Below are positions 16,515 through 28,716 of a stretch of DNA of 64,000 nt, piece by piece. How positions within the stretch are numbered: position 1 is the stretch's first letter; each line of letters starts with the position of its first letter. The DNA is taken from the NCBI GenBank assembly GCA_035577965.1, contig DATJYX010000065.1, positions 22,322-86,321 on the forward strand, in the 5' to 3' direction. This DNA comes from Vicinamibacteria bacterium (GTDB lineage Bacteria > Acidobacteriota > Vicinamibacteria > Fen-336). The translations under genes and the position numbers were made by a program. The notes under the pieces are model-generated. The model saw only the letters and a program-made list of their open reading frames with translations. It ran no database searches and was not told the origin of the DNA.

Positions 16515-17927
16515 ATGCGAGTCGAGACCACCGTCGTCCTCACGGCGCTGCTCGCCGCCTCCGCCGCCTTCGCGTCGAGCCGCGCGCCGCGAGACCAACC
16601 CGCCGTCGACGCCTTCGAGACGATGAGCCGCTCCTTCGAGCGCATCGCCGCCGAGGTGTCGCCCTCCGTGGTGCAGATCTTCACGAGCGGCTACGGGCTG
16701 GGCCCCCAGCACGGGGAGGTGCTCACCAAGCAGGAGGGCACGGCCTCGGGCATCGTGGTGGATGCCGGGGGCCTCATCGTCACGAACGCCCACGTCGTCA
16801 GCGGGGTGGGACGCATCACCGTGCAGCTCGCGCCGCCGGCCGACCCCGCGCACCCCGGGCGCCCGTTGCTGCGCGCCGCGCGGCCGAAGCTGGAGGCCAA
16901 GGTCGTCGGGGTCGACACGGTCACCGACCTGGCCCTCCTCCGGGTCGCGGCCGACGACCTGCCGGCCCTGCGCCTCGCCGACTCGGACAAGCTCCGCCAG
17001 GGTCAGCTCGTGCTCGCCTTCGGCTCTCCCCTCGGCCTCGGCAACACGGTCACCATGGGGGTGGTGAGCGCGGTGACCCGACAGCTCGGTCCCGACGAGA
17101 CCCTCGCCTACATCCAGACCGACGCCCCGATCAACCCCGGGAACTCCGGCGGCCCGCTCGTCGACTCGAACGGAGAGGTGGTCGGCCTCAACACGATGAT
17201 CCTCACCCAGTCCGGGGGCAGCGAGGGTGTCGGCCTCGCCATCCCGAGCAACACCGTCCGCTCCGTCGTCGAGCAACTCCGGCGGCACGGGCACGTGCAC
17301 CGGGGGGTGATCGGCGTCCAGGTGCAGACGGTGACCCCGACGATGGTGACCGCGCTCGGCCTGCCCCACCGCTACGGCGTGATCGTCGCCGACGTGGACC
17401 CGAACGGCCCCGCGGCCAAGGCCGGGCTGCAGATCGGAGACGTGGTCCTGTCCGCGAACCTCCGTCCGGTCGAGAACGTCCGGCAGTTCTCGTCGAGCCT
17501 CTACCGCATCGCGGTCGACGCCACGGTCGACCTGGAGGTCCAGCGAGGCGAGGAGCTGCTCACGATCCGGGCGAGCGTCATCGAGCGCCCGGACGATCCG
17601 TCCCGCTTCCTGGAGATGGTCCGGCCGGAGACCAATCTCGTGCCCCAGCTCGACCTTCTGGGGATCGATCTCGACCCGTCGCTCGTCGAGGCCCTCCGCA
17701 CGCTCCGGAACTCGACCGGTGTCCTCGTCGCCGCGATGTCGACGCAGGCGGCCCCGCCGGGTGACCGGTTCCAGCCCGGGGACGTCATCCACGCGGTCAA
17801 CGGCGTCTCCGTCGACTCCCTGTCGGAGCTCAAGCGGGCGGTCAAGGACATGAAGGACGGCGACCCGATCGTCGTCCAGATCGAGCGCGACGGAGTCTTC
17901 CGCTACGTCGCCTTCGAGATCGACTGA
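16515..17927 (+). CDS. Periplasmic serine endoprotease, DegP/HtrA family with two PDZ domains
   Basis: Signal peptide; TNAHVV; GNSGGPLV; two PDZ-like segments. SD GGAGG upstream. Confidence 0.85.
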   Translation: MRVETTVVLTALLAASAAFASSRAPRDQPAVDAFETMSRSFERIAAEVSPSVVQIFTSGYGLGPQHGEVLTKQEGTASGIVVDAGGLIVTNAHVVSGVGRITVQLAPPADPAHPGRPLLRAARPKLEAKVVGVDTVTDLALLRVAADDLPALRLADSDKLRQGQLVLAFGSPLGLGNTVTMGVVSAVTRQLGPDETLAYIQTDAPINPGNSGGPLVDSNGEVVGLNTMILTQSGGSEGVGLAIPSNTVRSVVEQLRRHGHVHRGVIGVQVQTVTPTMVTALGLPHRYGVIVADVDPNGPAAKAGLQIGDVVLSANLRPVENVRQFSSSLYRIAVDATVDLEVQRGEELLTIRASVIERPDDPSRFLEMVRPETNLVPQLDLLGIDLDPSLVEALRTLRNSTGVLVAAMSTQAAPPGDRFQPGDVIHAVNGVSVDSLSELKRAVKDMKDGDPIVVQIERDGVFRYVAFEID

Positions 17928-18003
17928 GCGGGCCGGCTCGCGTCGTCCTGTCCTTCTCCGACCGCTGCTACGATGGAGAGGGCGGCAGAGGACGGAGGTT
18001 CGG

Positions 18004-18831
18004 ATGCGCCGGGCCGGCGGAGTGGCGGCGGTGCTCGTCCTTCTCGTTTCCCCGGCCGGCGCGCGCCCACTGCGGCCGAGGGGAGAAAGCGTGCGCCTGG
18101 AGGCCGACCGGGCCGTCCTCGAGTACGAGAAGGGTGACCTCGACGCGAGCGAAGCCGAGGCCTTCCTGGAGATGGCCGACCGCGGGGTGGCGGACATCGA
18201 AGCGCTCGTTGCCCCCGGCCTTCCCGACTGGGCGCGGCGGCGCGGCCGCATCCGCTTCGTGGTCGGCTCCTGGGTCCCGATCTCCAGGACCTGGGGACGA
18301 ACGGTGGGGCTTCCCCTCGACCGCGTCCGCACTCGAAGCGCCCCCTACCTCCACGAGACCGTCCACGCCCTCGTGCCCGCGCGCGGCGACCGCGTCTGGC
18401 TCTCCGAGGGCCTCGCGTCCTACCTCGAGAGCTGGGTGAGCGAGAACCGCGGCGGCTACGACGCCCACGTCTTCACCCGGGCCGGCGACCGCGGCATCCA
18501 CGAGGCGGCGCGGCGCACCCTGGCGACCGGGCCCGGCCGGGCCGTCCTGCCGTGGGTCGGCGCCCGGGGCGAGCCGCCCTTCATGGAGGAGGACCGCTCG
18601 GGCGTGGCCCGCCCGTTCTACGTCCTCTCCCAGTCCCTGACCAAGCACGTCGTGGACGCGGCCGGCCTCGCGGCCGTGGTCCGAAGCCTGGTCGGCGGGG
18701 GAGAGGACGGACTCCAATCGGACGGACTCCGATCGGCGACGGGCCGGAGCGACGAGGAGTGGAAGCGGGAGTGGCTTCACGCGATCGGAGCCTCGGCGCT
18801 CGCGAGCGCTCGGAGCTCGCCGCGCCCTTGA
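18004..18831 (+). CDS. Secreted hypothetical protein with HExxH motif (possible zincin-like metallopeptidase)
   Basis: Signal-like N-terminus; LHETVHALVP; high GC3 in this frame. The antisense 17968..18780 ORF is rejected. Confidence 0.45.
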   Translation: MRRAGGVAAVLVLLVSPAGARPLRPRGESVRLEADRAVLEYEKGDLDASEAEAFLEMADRGVADIEALVAPGLPDWARRRGRIRFVVGSWVPISRTWGRTVGLPLDRVRTRSAPYLHETVHALVPARGDRVWLSEGLASYLESWVSENRGGYDAHVFTRAGDRGIHEAARRTLATGPGRAVLPWVGARGEPPFMEEDRSGVARPFYVLSQSLTKHVVDAAGLAAVVRSLVGGGEDGLQSDGLRSATGRSDEEWKREWLHAIGASALASARSSPRP

Positions 18832-18845
18832 GCCCCGCCCCCGCC

Positions 18846-19757
18846 TCAGCTCTTCTTCGCCGGAGCCAGGCTCAGCACGAGGGAGACGCTGAAGCCCTGG
18901 TCGGTCTTCTTGTAGGGCGCCAGGACGGTGAGGCCCGTGGAGATCCCGCCCGGCGTGAAGAGCGGCACCTCGGCGAGAGGCGGGTCGTTGTTGTAGAGGA
19001 TGCGCCAGTTGACCTTGAGGCCGAGCCCCTTCGTCATCGCCACCTGCAGGCCGAACTGCGCGTCGAAGCGCCGGGCGGTCGAGTCCTCCAGGCTCTGGTC
19101 GCCGATGAAGGTGTGGCTGAAGGTCGTGCTCGGGAAGAGCTTCTGGCGGAAGTCCCAGCCGAGGCGGGCGCCGACGAACGACTTGCTCCCGCCGACGGTG
19201 TAGGCCTCGTCCGTGTAGGTGACCCCGAGCGCAGCCCTATAGCTCGTCGCGTCGCTGTTCACGAACAGGTAGCCGAAGCCGGCGTCGCCGACCCATCGGT
19301 TCTGGATGCCCGAGAAGCGGTTGCGCTCCCAGCCCGCGCCCACGGTGGTGAAGACGCGGTCGGACAGCTTGTAGTCGTAGCGCCCCCGCGCGTAGTAGGC
19401 CTCGGCGGTCGGCTGGGGGTCGGGCACGCGCACATCGAAGTCGGTCGGGGTCCCCACGGCGTAGCGGGAGTCGGGGGACGAGCTCGCACGGATGCCGCCC
19501 GCGGCGAAGGAGATCCCCTGCTTCGTCCAGCGCCGGGCGACGTCGCCCTTGAAGCCGAGGCTGCGCGAGCTCGAGTTGCCGGAGGTGAGGACGTAGGAGA
19601 GGTCGGCGTTGGCGTAGAAGCCGGGCGCATCGAGCTTGAAGGCCTTGTCGTCCACCGCCTTCGTGTCGGCGGGGGCGGCGCTCGTCTGGGCCCGGGCGGG
19701 GACGGCGAAGAGGCCGAGCGCGGCGGTGGCGAGGGCGACCGGCGGCGTGAGGGACAT
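18846..19757 (-). CDS. Outer-membrane beta-barrel protein, DUF481/YdiY-like
   Basis: Signal peptide ending ARAQ; SGNSSS motif; alternating beta-strand pattern. Confidence 0.55.
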   Translation of the reverse strand: MSLTPPVALATAALGLFAVPARAQTSAAPADTKAVDDKAFKLDAPGFYANADLSYVLTSGNSSSRSLGFKGDVARRWTKQGISFAAGGIRASSSPDSRYAVGTPTDFDVRVPDPQPTAEAYYARGRYDYKLSDRVFTTVGAGWERNRFSGIQNRWVGDAGFGYLFVNSDATSYRAALGVTYTDEAYTVGGSKSFVGARLGWDFRQKLFPSTTFSHTFIGDQSLEDSTARRFDAQFGLQVAMTKGLGLKVNWRILYNNDPPLAEVPLFTPGGISTGLTVLAPYKKTDQGFSVSLVLSLAPAKKS

Positions 19758-19893
19758 GCCTTCTTCCTTCCGGGAATCGGGTCCGAGGGGGCTTGAGAAC
19801 AGCCAGATAACGCTCTCTCGCCGCGACTGTCAAGGTGAGGGGAGGGTGGACACCCAGGCGTCCCGCGCGGCCTCGATCTAGAATGACCATTCC

Positions 19894-21042
19894 TTGAAAC
19901 GCGGTCTCCCGGTCGTCTACCTCACGGTCTTCATCGACCTCGTCGGCTTCGGCCTGATCCTGCCCCAGCTGCCGTACTACGCGGAGCGGTTCGGCGCCAC
20001 CGGGGTCTGGGTGGGGGCGATCCTCACCGCCTACTCGGCGGCGCAGCTCGTGGGCGCGTCGGTCCTCGGGCGCCTCTCCGACCGCGTCGGCCGCCGCCCC
20101 GTCCTCCTCATGAGCCTCGCGGGCTCCGCGGCCTCCTTCCTGCTCTCGGGGCTCGCGGGCTCGCTCTTCGTTCTCCTCACCGCCCGGGCCCTGGCCGGGC
20201 TCTTCGGGGGCAGCATCGCGGCGGCCCAGGCGGTCATCGCGGACGTGACGACGCAGCGGGAGAGGGCGAGGTACATGGGCCTCCTCGGCGCCTCGATCGG
20301 CCTCGGCTTCGTCCTCGGCCCCGCTCTCGGGTCCGGCCTCGCGCGGTTCGGCTTCGGCGCCGCCGCGTTCTCGGCCTCCCTCCTCGCCGCGGCCAACCTG
20401 CTCTACGCCTTCCTCCGCCTCCCCGAGACGCGGAGCGCCGCGGAGCGCCGGCACGTCCACTCGCGCGTCGACTGGTCCAACCTCCTCGACGCCCTCCGCC
20501 ATCCCTCGATCGGGCGCCTCCTCGCCGCCACGTTCCTCTGCACCCTCGCTTTCGTGGCCATGGAGGCGACGTTCGCGCTCCTCGGCGAGGCTCGCTTCGG
20601 CCTGACCGCGGGGCGGCTCGGCCTGGTGTTCGCGTACGTCGGGGTCGTCATGGTGATCGTGCAGGGCGGCCTCGTCGGGCGCCTCGCCCTCCGCTTCGGG
20701 GAGCGCGCCGTCGCCACGACCGGGACCCTCCTCATGGCAGCGAGCCTCGCTGCGCTCCCGCTCGCGTCCTCTCTCGCGGCGGCGGCGGGCGTGCTGGCCG
20801 GCCTCGCGGCCGGACAGGGGCTGACGACGCCGATGCTCTCGACCCTCCTCTCGCGGGCCACGGACGCCGATGAGCAGGGCGGGACCCTGGGCCTCGGCCA
20901 GTCGCTCGCCGCCGCCGCCCGCGCCGTCGGGCCGATCGGGGCGGGCTGGCTCTACGACCGCGCGACGGGCGCGCCCTACGCGGCGGGCGCGGCGCTGATG
21001 GTCGTGGCCGCGCTCCTCGTGGGGACCGGGCGCACCGACTGA
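19894..21042 (+). CDS. MFS transporter (TCR/Tet-like); TTG start
   Basis: 12 TM pattern; GRLSDRVGRRPVL motif A. Confidence 0.75.
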   Translation: MKRGLPVVYLTVFIDLVGFGLILPQLPYYAERFGATGVWVGAILTAYSAAQLVGASVLGRLSDRVGRRPVLLMSLAGSAASFLLSGLAGSLFVLLTARALAGLFGGSIAAAQAVIADVTTQRERARYMGLLGASIGLGFVLGPALGSGLARFGFGAAAFSASLLAAANLLYAFLRLPETRSAAERRHVHSRVDWSNLLDALRHPSIGRLLAATFLCTLAFVAMEATFALLGEARFGLTAGRLGLVFAYVGVVMVIVQGGLVGRLALRFGERAVATTGTLLMAASLAALPLASSLAAAAGVLAGLAAGQGLTTPMLSTLLSRATDADEQGGTLGLGQSLAAAARAVGPIGAGWLYDRATGAPYAAGAALMVVAALLVGTGRTD

Positions 21043-21768
21043 TCACTCCGCGGCCAGCCGGTAGCCCACGCCGGTCTCCGTCAGCAGGTACTTCGGCCGC
21101 GCCGGGTCCTCCTCCAGCTTGTGCCGGAGCTGGCCCATGTAGACGCGCAGGTAGTGCGACTGGCCGGTGGACCCCGGCCCCCAGACCTCCTGGAGGAGCT
21201 GGCGGTGGGTGAGGACCTTCCCCGCGTGCCGGGCCAGGGCCGCGAGAAGGTTGAACTCGGTGCGGGTGAGCCGCACCTCCTCGCCTCGAACGGAGACGCG
21301 CCGCGCCGCGAGGTCGACGCGCAGGTCGCCCGCCTCGAACGCGGTCTCGCCGCCGCCGGACGCGAGCCGGGCCGCGTGCCGCAGGGCCACGCGCATCCGG
21401 GCGAGGAGCTCGCCCACGCCGAACGGTTTCGTCAGGTAGTCGTCGGCACCCGCGTCGAGGGCCTCGATCTTGTCGCGCTCCTGGCCCCGGGCGGAGAGCA
21501 CGACGATCGGCACCGCCGACCACGCCCGGATGCGCCGCGCGACCTCGACCCCGTCCAGGTCCGGCAGGCCCAGGTCGAGCAGGACCAGGTCGGGCGCGCG
21601 CACGGCGGCCTCGACGAGGGCCCGCTCCCCCGTCGCCGCCTCGGCGAGGCGATAGCCGTGGGCGGAGAGGCTCGCCCGCAGGAAGCGCAGCACCTGGGGC
21701 TCGTCCTCGACGACCAGGACCAGCCGGCCGGATCCCTCGCCCGCGTCCTCAGCCGGCCGTTCGCTCAC
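21043..21768 (-). CDS. kdpE: Two-component response regulator KdpE
   Basis: Receiver domain (LLDLGLPDLDG) with OmpR-type wHTH; directly downstream of kdpD. Confidence 0.85.
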   Translation of the reverse strand: MSERPAEDAGEGSGRLVLVVEDEPQVLRFLRASLSAHGYRLAEAATGERALVEAAVRAPDLVLLDLGLPDLDGVEVARRIRAWSAVPIVVLSARGQERDKIEALDAGADDYLTKPFGVGELLARMRVALRHAARLASGGGETAFEAGDLRVDLAARRVSVRGEEVRLTRTEFNLLAALARHAGKVLTHRQLLQEVWGPGSTGQSHYLRVYMGQLRHKLEEDPARPKYLLTETGVGYRLAAE

Positions 21769-24436
21769 CGTCGTCCTCTGCCGCCGGCGGGGGCGCGGGC
21801 TCGAGGGGAAGCGTGAAGCGGAAAAGCGTCCCCCGTGGCTCGCCGCGCTCGGCCCAGATGCGGCCGCCGTGCGCGGTCACGATGGCCCGGCAGATCGGAA
21901 GGCCCAGGCCGAAGCCGCGGGGAGCGGAGTCCGCGCGGTAGAACTTCTCGAACACCCTCTCCTCCGTCCCCGGAGGGAGACCGGGCCCCTCGTCCGCCAC
22001 CTCCACCTCGACCGCGCCGTCCGCCGCTCGCGCCGCGACCCGGATCGCGCCCTCCTTCTCGGTGTACTTCGCCGCGTTCTCGAGGAGGTTCACGAGGGCC
22101 TGCTCGACGAGGACCCCGTCGACGGGCACGAGGGGGAGATCGACCGGGATCGAGACGCGGACCGCACGGTCCTTCAAGGCGGGCTCGAGCCGCGCGAGGG
22201 CCGACCCCACGAGCTCCTCCAGGGAGTGCCAGTCGCGGTTGAGCTGGAGCGAGCCCGACTCGAGCCGCGTCATGTCGAGCAGGTTGGTGACGAGCCGGTT
22301 GAGGCGCCCCGCCTCCTCGTAGATCGCCTCCTCGAGATCGCGCCGCCCCTCCTCGCCGAGGGACGAGCCCTGGAGCAGGCTGCTCGCGGCGCCGGTGATC
22401 GTGGCCAGGGGAGTGCGCAGGTCGTGGGAGACCGAGCTCAAGAGCGTGCTGCGCAGCCGCTCGGACTCCATGGCGACGCGCGCCTGCTGGGCCTCGTCGG
22501 CCAGGCGGGCCCGCTCGAGGCCGGAGGCGATCTGCCGGGCGAGGGCCTCGAGGAGGTCGGCCTGGTCGGGGCGCAGGGGGAGGAGCGAAGGGTCGGGGCG
22601 CAGGCCCAGCACCCCGAGGACGGCCCGCGTCCCGCGGAGCGGCAGGTACACAGCCGCCGCCCCGGGCAGGGTGTCAGTCCCGAGGCCGGCCGGCTGGCCG
22701 TGGTCGAACGCCCACTGCGCGACCGCGGTCTCCCGGGAGCCCTCCCCCGGCGCCTCCCCGCCCGCCGCGCGGAGGGCGCCCGACGGCCCCGGGACGAAGG
22801 CCGCGGCCGGGCCGCCGAAGACGTCGGACACGTGGCGCGAGCCGACCCCGGCCACCTCCTCGACCGTGCGGGCCGCCGCGACGTCCCGGCTCATCGCGTA
22901 GAGGACCTGCGTCCGCTGCTCCCGCTGCCGCGCCGCGTCGGCCTGGGCCCGCACCCGCGCCGCGAGCGTGCTGATCAGCAGGCTCACGACCAGCATCACC
23001 GCGAAGGTGACGACGTACTGGGTGTCGGTGACGGCGAACGTCAGGTAGGGCGGCACGAAGAAGAAGTCGAAGGCGGCCACGCTCAGGACGGCGGTCGCCG
23101 CGGCCGGCCCGCGGCCGAGGCGGGAAGCGACGAACGCCACCCCGAGGAGGTACGTCATCACGAGGTTGGACCGGTCGAAGCGGCCGACCATCGCCCAGCA
23201 GAGGAGCGTGCACAGGACGACGACCGCCCCCGACCAGACGTAGTGCAGCGGCCGGGCCGAAAGGGGAAGGGTCGGCCGCCGGGCCGGAGCCGCCGCCTCG
23301 GCCCGCTCGCCGGAGACGATGAAGACGTCGATGTCGCCGCTCGCCCGCACGATGGCGTCGACCAGGGAGCCGCGCAGGCGGTCGCGCCAGCGCCCGTGGG
23401 CCGGCTTTCCGACCACGATCGTGCTGATGTTGCGCTGGCGCGCGAAGGCGAGCAGGGCCTCGCTCACGCTCGGCCCGGAGACGGTCGCGGTCTTGGCCCC
23501 GAGCTGCTCGGCGAGGGCGAAGGCAGCGGCGAGGTCGCTCCGCTCGGCGGGAGAGAGCGGGGGCTGGCCGGGGCTCTCCACCCACACCGCGATCCACTCC
23601 GCCCGCAGCCGCGCCGCGAGGCGCCGCGCCGCTCGGACCAGCCGGCCGCTCTCGGGGTTCGGCCGGATGGAGACGAGGACGCGCTCGGCCACGGGCCAGG
23701 TCGCCTCGATCGCGTGGTCCCGGCGGTAGACCTGCACGTCCGCGTCCACGTGCTCGGCCGTGCGGCGGAGAGCCAGCTCCCGCAGGGCGGTGAGGTTGCC
23801 CTTCCGGAAGAAGCGCTTCACCGCGCGGGCCGCCTGGTCGGGCAGGTAGACCTTGCCCTCCTCCAGGCGGCGCAGCAGGTCCTCGGGCGGCAGGTCCACG
23901 AACTCGACCTCGTCCGCTTCGTCGAGCACGCGGTCGGGCAAGGTCTCGCGGACCAGGACGCCGGTGACGCGCTCGACGAGGTCGTTCACGCTCTCCAGGT
24001 GCTGCACGTTGAGGGTCGTCCAGACGTCGATGCCGGCCTCGAGGAGCTCCCGCGCGTCCTGCCAGCGCTTCGGGTGGCGGGAGCCGGGAGCGTTGCTGTG
24101 GGCGAGCTCGTCGAGGAGGAGGAGACCCGGGCGGCGGGCGATCGCAGCATCGATGTCGAACTCCTGCAGCCGGACCCCGCGGTGCTCGACCTCGCGCGGC
24201 GGGAGGCGCTCGAACCCCTCGGCGAGGGCGGCCGTTTCGACGCGGCGGTGGGTCTCCACCCAGCCGATGACCACGTCCTTGCCCGCCGCGCGCTGGGCCC
24301 GGGCCGCCGAGAGCATGGCGTACGTCTTCCCGACTCCGGGGGCGGCTCCGAAGAACACCTTGAGCCGACCGCGCTTCGCCTCGTCGCGCTGGACGCGGCG
24401 GAGCAACGCGTCGGGGTCCGGCCTCGTCTCGCTCAC
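21749..24436 (-). CDS. kdpD: Sensor histidine kinase KdpD (full length: KdpD N-domain, Usp, DUF4118 membrane domain, HisKA, HATPase)
   Basis: FFGAAPGVGKTYAML; HDLRTPL; GFGLGLPICRAIV. Confidence 0.9.
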   Translation of the reverse strand: MSETRPDPDALLRRVQRDEAKRGRLKVFFGAAPGVGKTYAMLSAARAQRAAGKDVVIGWVETHRRVETAALAEGFERLPPREVEHRGVRLQEFDIDAAIARRPGLLLLDELAHSNAPGSRHPKRWQDARELLEAGIDVWTTLNVQHLESVNDLVERVTGVLVRETLPDRVLDEADEVEFVDLPPEDLLRRLEEGKVYLPDQAARAVKRFFRKGNLTALRELALRRTAEHVDADVQVYRRDHAIEATWPVAERVLVSIRPNPESGRLVRAARRLAARLRAEWIAVWVESPGQPPLSPAERSDLAAAFALAEQLGAKTATVSGPSVSEALLAFARQRNISTIVVGKPAHGRWRDRLRGSLVDAIVRASGDIDVFIVSGERAEAAAPARRPTLPLSARPLHYVWSGAVVVLCTLLCWAMVGRFDRSNLVMTYLLGVAFVASRLGRGPAAATAVLSVAAFDFFFVPPYLTFAVTDTQYVVTFAVMLVVSLLISTLAARVRAQADAARQREQRTQVLYAMSRDVAAARTVEEVAGVGSRHVSDVFGGPAAAFVPGPSGALRAAGGEAPGEGSRETAVAQWAFDHGQPAGLGTDTLPGAAAVYLPLRGTRAVLGVLGLRPDPSLLPLRPDQADLLEALARQIASGLERARLADEAQQARVAMESERLRSTLLSSVSHDLRTPLATITGAASSLLQGSSLGEEGRRDLEEAIYEEAGRLNRLVTNLLDMTRLESGSLQLNRDWHSLEELVGSALARLEPALKDRAVRVSIPVDLPLVPVDGVLVEQALVNLLENAAKYTEKEGAIRVAARAADGAVEVEVADEGPGLPPGTEERVFEKFYRADSAPRGFGLGLPICRAIVTAHGGRIWAERGEPRGTLFRFTLPLEPAPPPAAEDDGERTAG

Positions 24437-24455
24437 CCCTGGCCTCGGAAGGAGA

Positions 24456-25280
24456 TTACCTGCCCCGCTCGGCTTCCGCGAGCAGGGCCGCGATCACCCG
24501 AGCCACGTCGGACAGGGACCGGCGGGCGTCGGTGGTCGCCGGAGCGCCGCTCCCCCAGACGTCGAGCCAGCCGCAATGCCGTTTCCCCGCCACCAGCGAC
24601 AGCCGGCCGCCCTCCGCGGGGAGCGGGAGGCCCCGGCGAGGCAGGCTTTCGCGTGCTCGCCCCGGCGGCAGCAGCGTGTCGAGCTCGAGCGCCTGGCCGG
24701 GCACGGGCCTCGCCGGACCGGGCCCGGACGTGGCCAGCACGCCGTTGGCCCGGTCGCGGACGACTGCGGCGGCGACGGGCAGGCTGAGCCGGCACGCGTC
24801 GAGAGTCCGGACCAGCCGGGGCTCGAGCGGTCCCCCCTGCTCCAGCTCGGCCACCGAGGAGTGGACGAGCTCGAGCTGCTTGCGCCCGGGAGCTCGCGGG
24901 GCCGCCCATCGCCCCCGCCCCGACGCCAGAGAGGCCGTGAGGAGGCCGCACGCGGCGAGGCCGAAGAAGGCGAGCAGGTCGTGCTTCTCGGCGATCGTGA
25001 GCCTCATGTAGGGCTGGGTCAGGAAGAAGTCGAGGCTGAGGGCCGAAGCGACCGCGGTCGCCACCGCCGCCGTCCGCCCCCCGAATTCCCCGACCACGAT
25101 CGTCAGGGCGAGGAAGAGGAACGTGAAGTTCGACGCGGTGGTGAAGTCGCGGACCGGGACGAGGGCCATGCCCAGGAGGACGGCGGCAATGGGTCCCGCG
25201 CCCAGGTAGATCAGGTCCTTGCCGTCGTCCTCCATGGCGTCCTCCGAGCGGCGGGCTTCCCGACGGCCGATGCCGCTCAC
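24456..25280 (-). CDS. Stand-alone DUF4118 membrane-domain protein (KdpD membrane-module-like)
   Basis: TM helices LIYLGAGPIAAVLLGMALV...LDFFLTQPY resembling the KdpD membrane domain. Start possibly MEDDGK at 25235. Confidence 0.55.
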   Translation of the reverse strand: MSGIGRREARRSEDAMEDDGKDLIYLGAGPIAAVLLGMALVPVRDFTTASNFTFLFLALTIVVGEFGGRTAAVATAVASALSLDFFLTQPYMRLTIAEKHDLLAFFGLAACGLLTASLASGRGRWAAPRAPGRKQLELVHSSVAELEQGGPLEPRLVRTLDACRLSLPVAAAVVRDRANGVLATSGPGPARPVPGQALELDTLLPPGRARESLPRRGLPLPAEGGRLSLVAGKRHCGWLDVWGSGAPATTDARRSLSDVARVIAALLAEAERGR

Positions 25281-25289
25281 ATCATCTCT

Positions 25290-26042
25290 CTAAGGCCGAC
25301 GCGCCACGATGAGCCACCAGGACCGCTGCCCCGGCCCGGTGGTGAACCGGTCGTCCCGGCGGACGATCTCGAACCCGGCCTGCCGGAGCCAGCCCTCGGC
25401 CGCGTCGGGAGGGTCGTGGTGATGCCCTCCCGGGCCAGGTGATCCCGCCTCGCCGACGTCCGGCCCGGGGTCGACCACGACCAGCCGTCCACCCGAGTGG
25501 AGGGCCTCGCGCACGTGGCCGAGGATCGCCGCCTTGTCCTCGATCTCGTGGAGCGCGTTGGCGACGAGAACGGCGTCGGCGCCTCCCGCCGGCAGGTGAG
25601 GGTCTCCGGTCTCGCCGAGTACGGTCTCGAGGTTGCGCCGCGCGCGCAGGAGAGCCCGCACCCGCAGGAACAGCAGCGGGAACCGGCGGACGTCGACCGC
25701 GACGACGCGGCCTCGGCGGCCCACGACCGTCGCGAGCTTCAGCGCGAAATACCCCACTCCCGAGCCGAGGTCGACGACGACCTTTCCCTCTCGGACGTCG
25801 AGGGCCCGCACGACTTCGGCCGGCCGTTGCCACCCGTCCCGCTCCGCTTCGGCGACGTCCACCGCCCGAGCCGCACTGAGGGTCCACCAGACCGCGGCCA
25901 GGGCGGGGACGGTGGCCGCCGCGAGGGCGAGGACGAGACCGATCCGCCATCGATAGGCCTTCTCCGAGCCCGTCACGACCGCAGGCGGCTCGGCGCGGCC
26001 GGGAGGCCGTCCCGCACGTCCATGGCCCCCATCCGGCCCCAT
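25290..26042 (-). CDS. Class I SAM-dependent methyltransferase with N-terminal TM anchor; start uncertain
   Basis: VVDLGSGVGYFALKL motif I; LVANALHEI; lies between kdpC and kdpD. Confidence 0.65.
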   Translation of the reverse strand: MGPDGGHGRAGRPPGRAEPPAVVTGSEKAYRWRIGLVLALAAATVPALAAVWWTLSAARAVDVAEAERDGWQRPAEVVRALDVREGKVVVDLGSGVGYFALKLATVVGRRGRVVAVDVRRFPLLFLRVRALLRARRNLETVLGETGDPHLPAGGADAVLVANALHEIEDKAAILGHVREALHSGGRLVVVDPGPDVGEAGSPGPGGHHHDPPDAAEGWLRQAGFEIVRRDDRFTTGPGQRSWWLIVARRP

Positions 26043-26054
26043 GGCCCTCCGGCC

Positions 26055-26648
26055 TCAGCTTCCCGCGTGGGCCGGGCCTGGGAAGCGCCGGTCGAGGTCC
26101 AGGTTCAGGAGCAGGACGTTGACCCGGGGCTCGCCCAGGAGGCCGAACGTGCGGGCTTCCGTCCGCGCCTCGACGAGGTCCAGGATCTCCTTCGGGGCGA
26201 CGCCTCGCGCGGCGGCGATGCGCGGCGCCTGCCAGCGCGCGGCCTCCGGCGAGAGGTGCGGGTCGAGGCCGCTCCCGGACGCGGTGACGAGCTCGACCGG
26301 CACCGCCCCCGCGGCCTGCGGGTTGTCCGATCGGAGACGCGCGACGTCGGCGGCCACGCGGTCGCGGAGCTTCTGCGACGTCGGCCCGAGGTTCGAGCCC
26401 GACGAGCCGGTGGCGTCGTATCCGTCGCCGGCGGCCGACGGACGCGGCTGGAAGTAGGCCGGACTCTTGAAGCCCTGGGCGATCAGCTCCGAGCCGACGA
26501 CCCGTCCGTCCTTCGTGAGCAGGCTGCCGCCGGCCCGGTAGGGGAAGGCCGCCTGGGCGAGGCCGGTGATCGCGAGCGGGTAGAGGAGGCCGGTCAGGAC
26601 GAGGGTCACCACGGTCATGCGCAGCGCGACGAGGAGCTCGGTCTTCAT
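26055..26648 (-). CDS. kdpC: Potassium-transporting ATPase subunit C
   Basis: [26 protein letters not shown]-terminal TM; [14 protein letters not shown]. Confidence 0.85.
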   Translation of the reverse strand: MKTELLVALRMTVVTLVLTGLLYPLAITGLAQAAFPYRAGGSLLTKDGRVVGSELIAQGFKSPAYFQPRPSAAGDGYDATGSSGSNLGPTSQKLRDRVAADVARLRSDNPQAAGAVPVELVTASGSGLDPHLSPEAARWQAPRIAAARGVAPKEILDLVEARTEARTFGLLGEPRVNVLLLNLDLDRRFPGPAHAGS

Positions 26649-26658
26649 CGGGATCCCC

Positions 26659-28713
<2,055 letters not shown>

Positions 28714-28716
28714 GGC

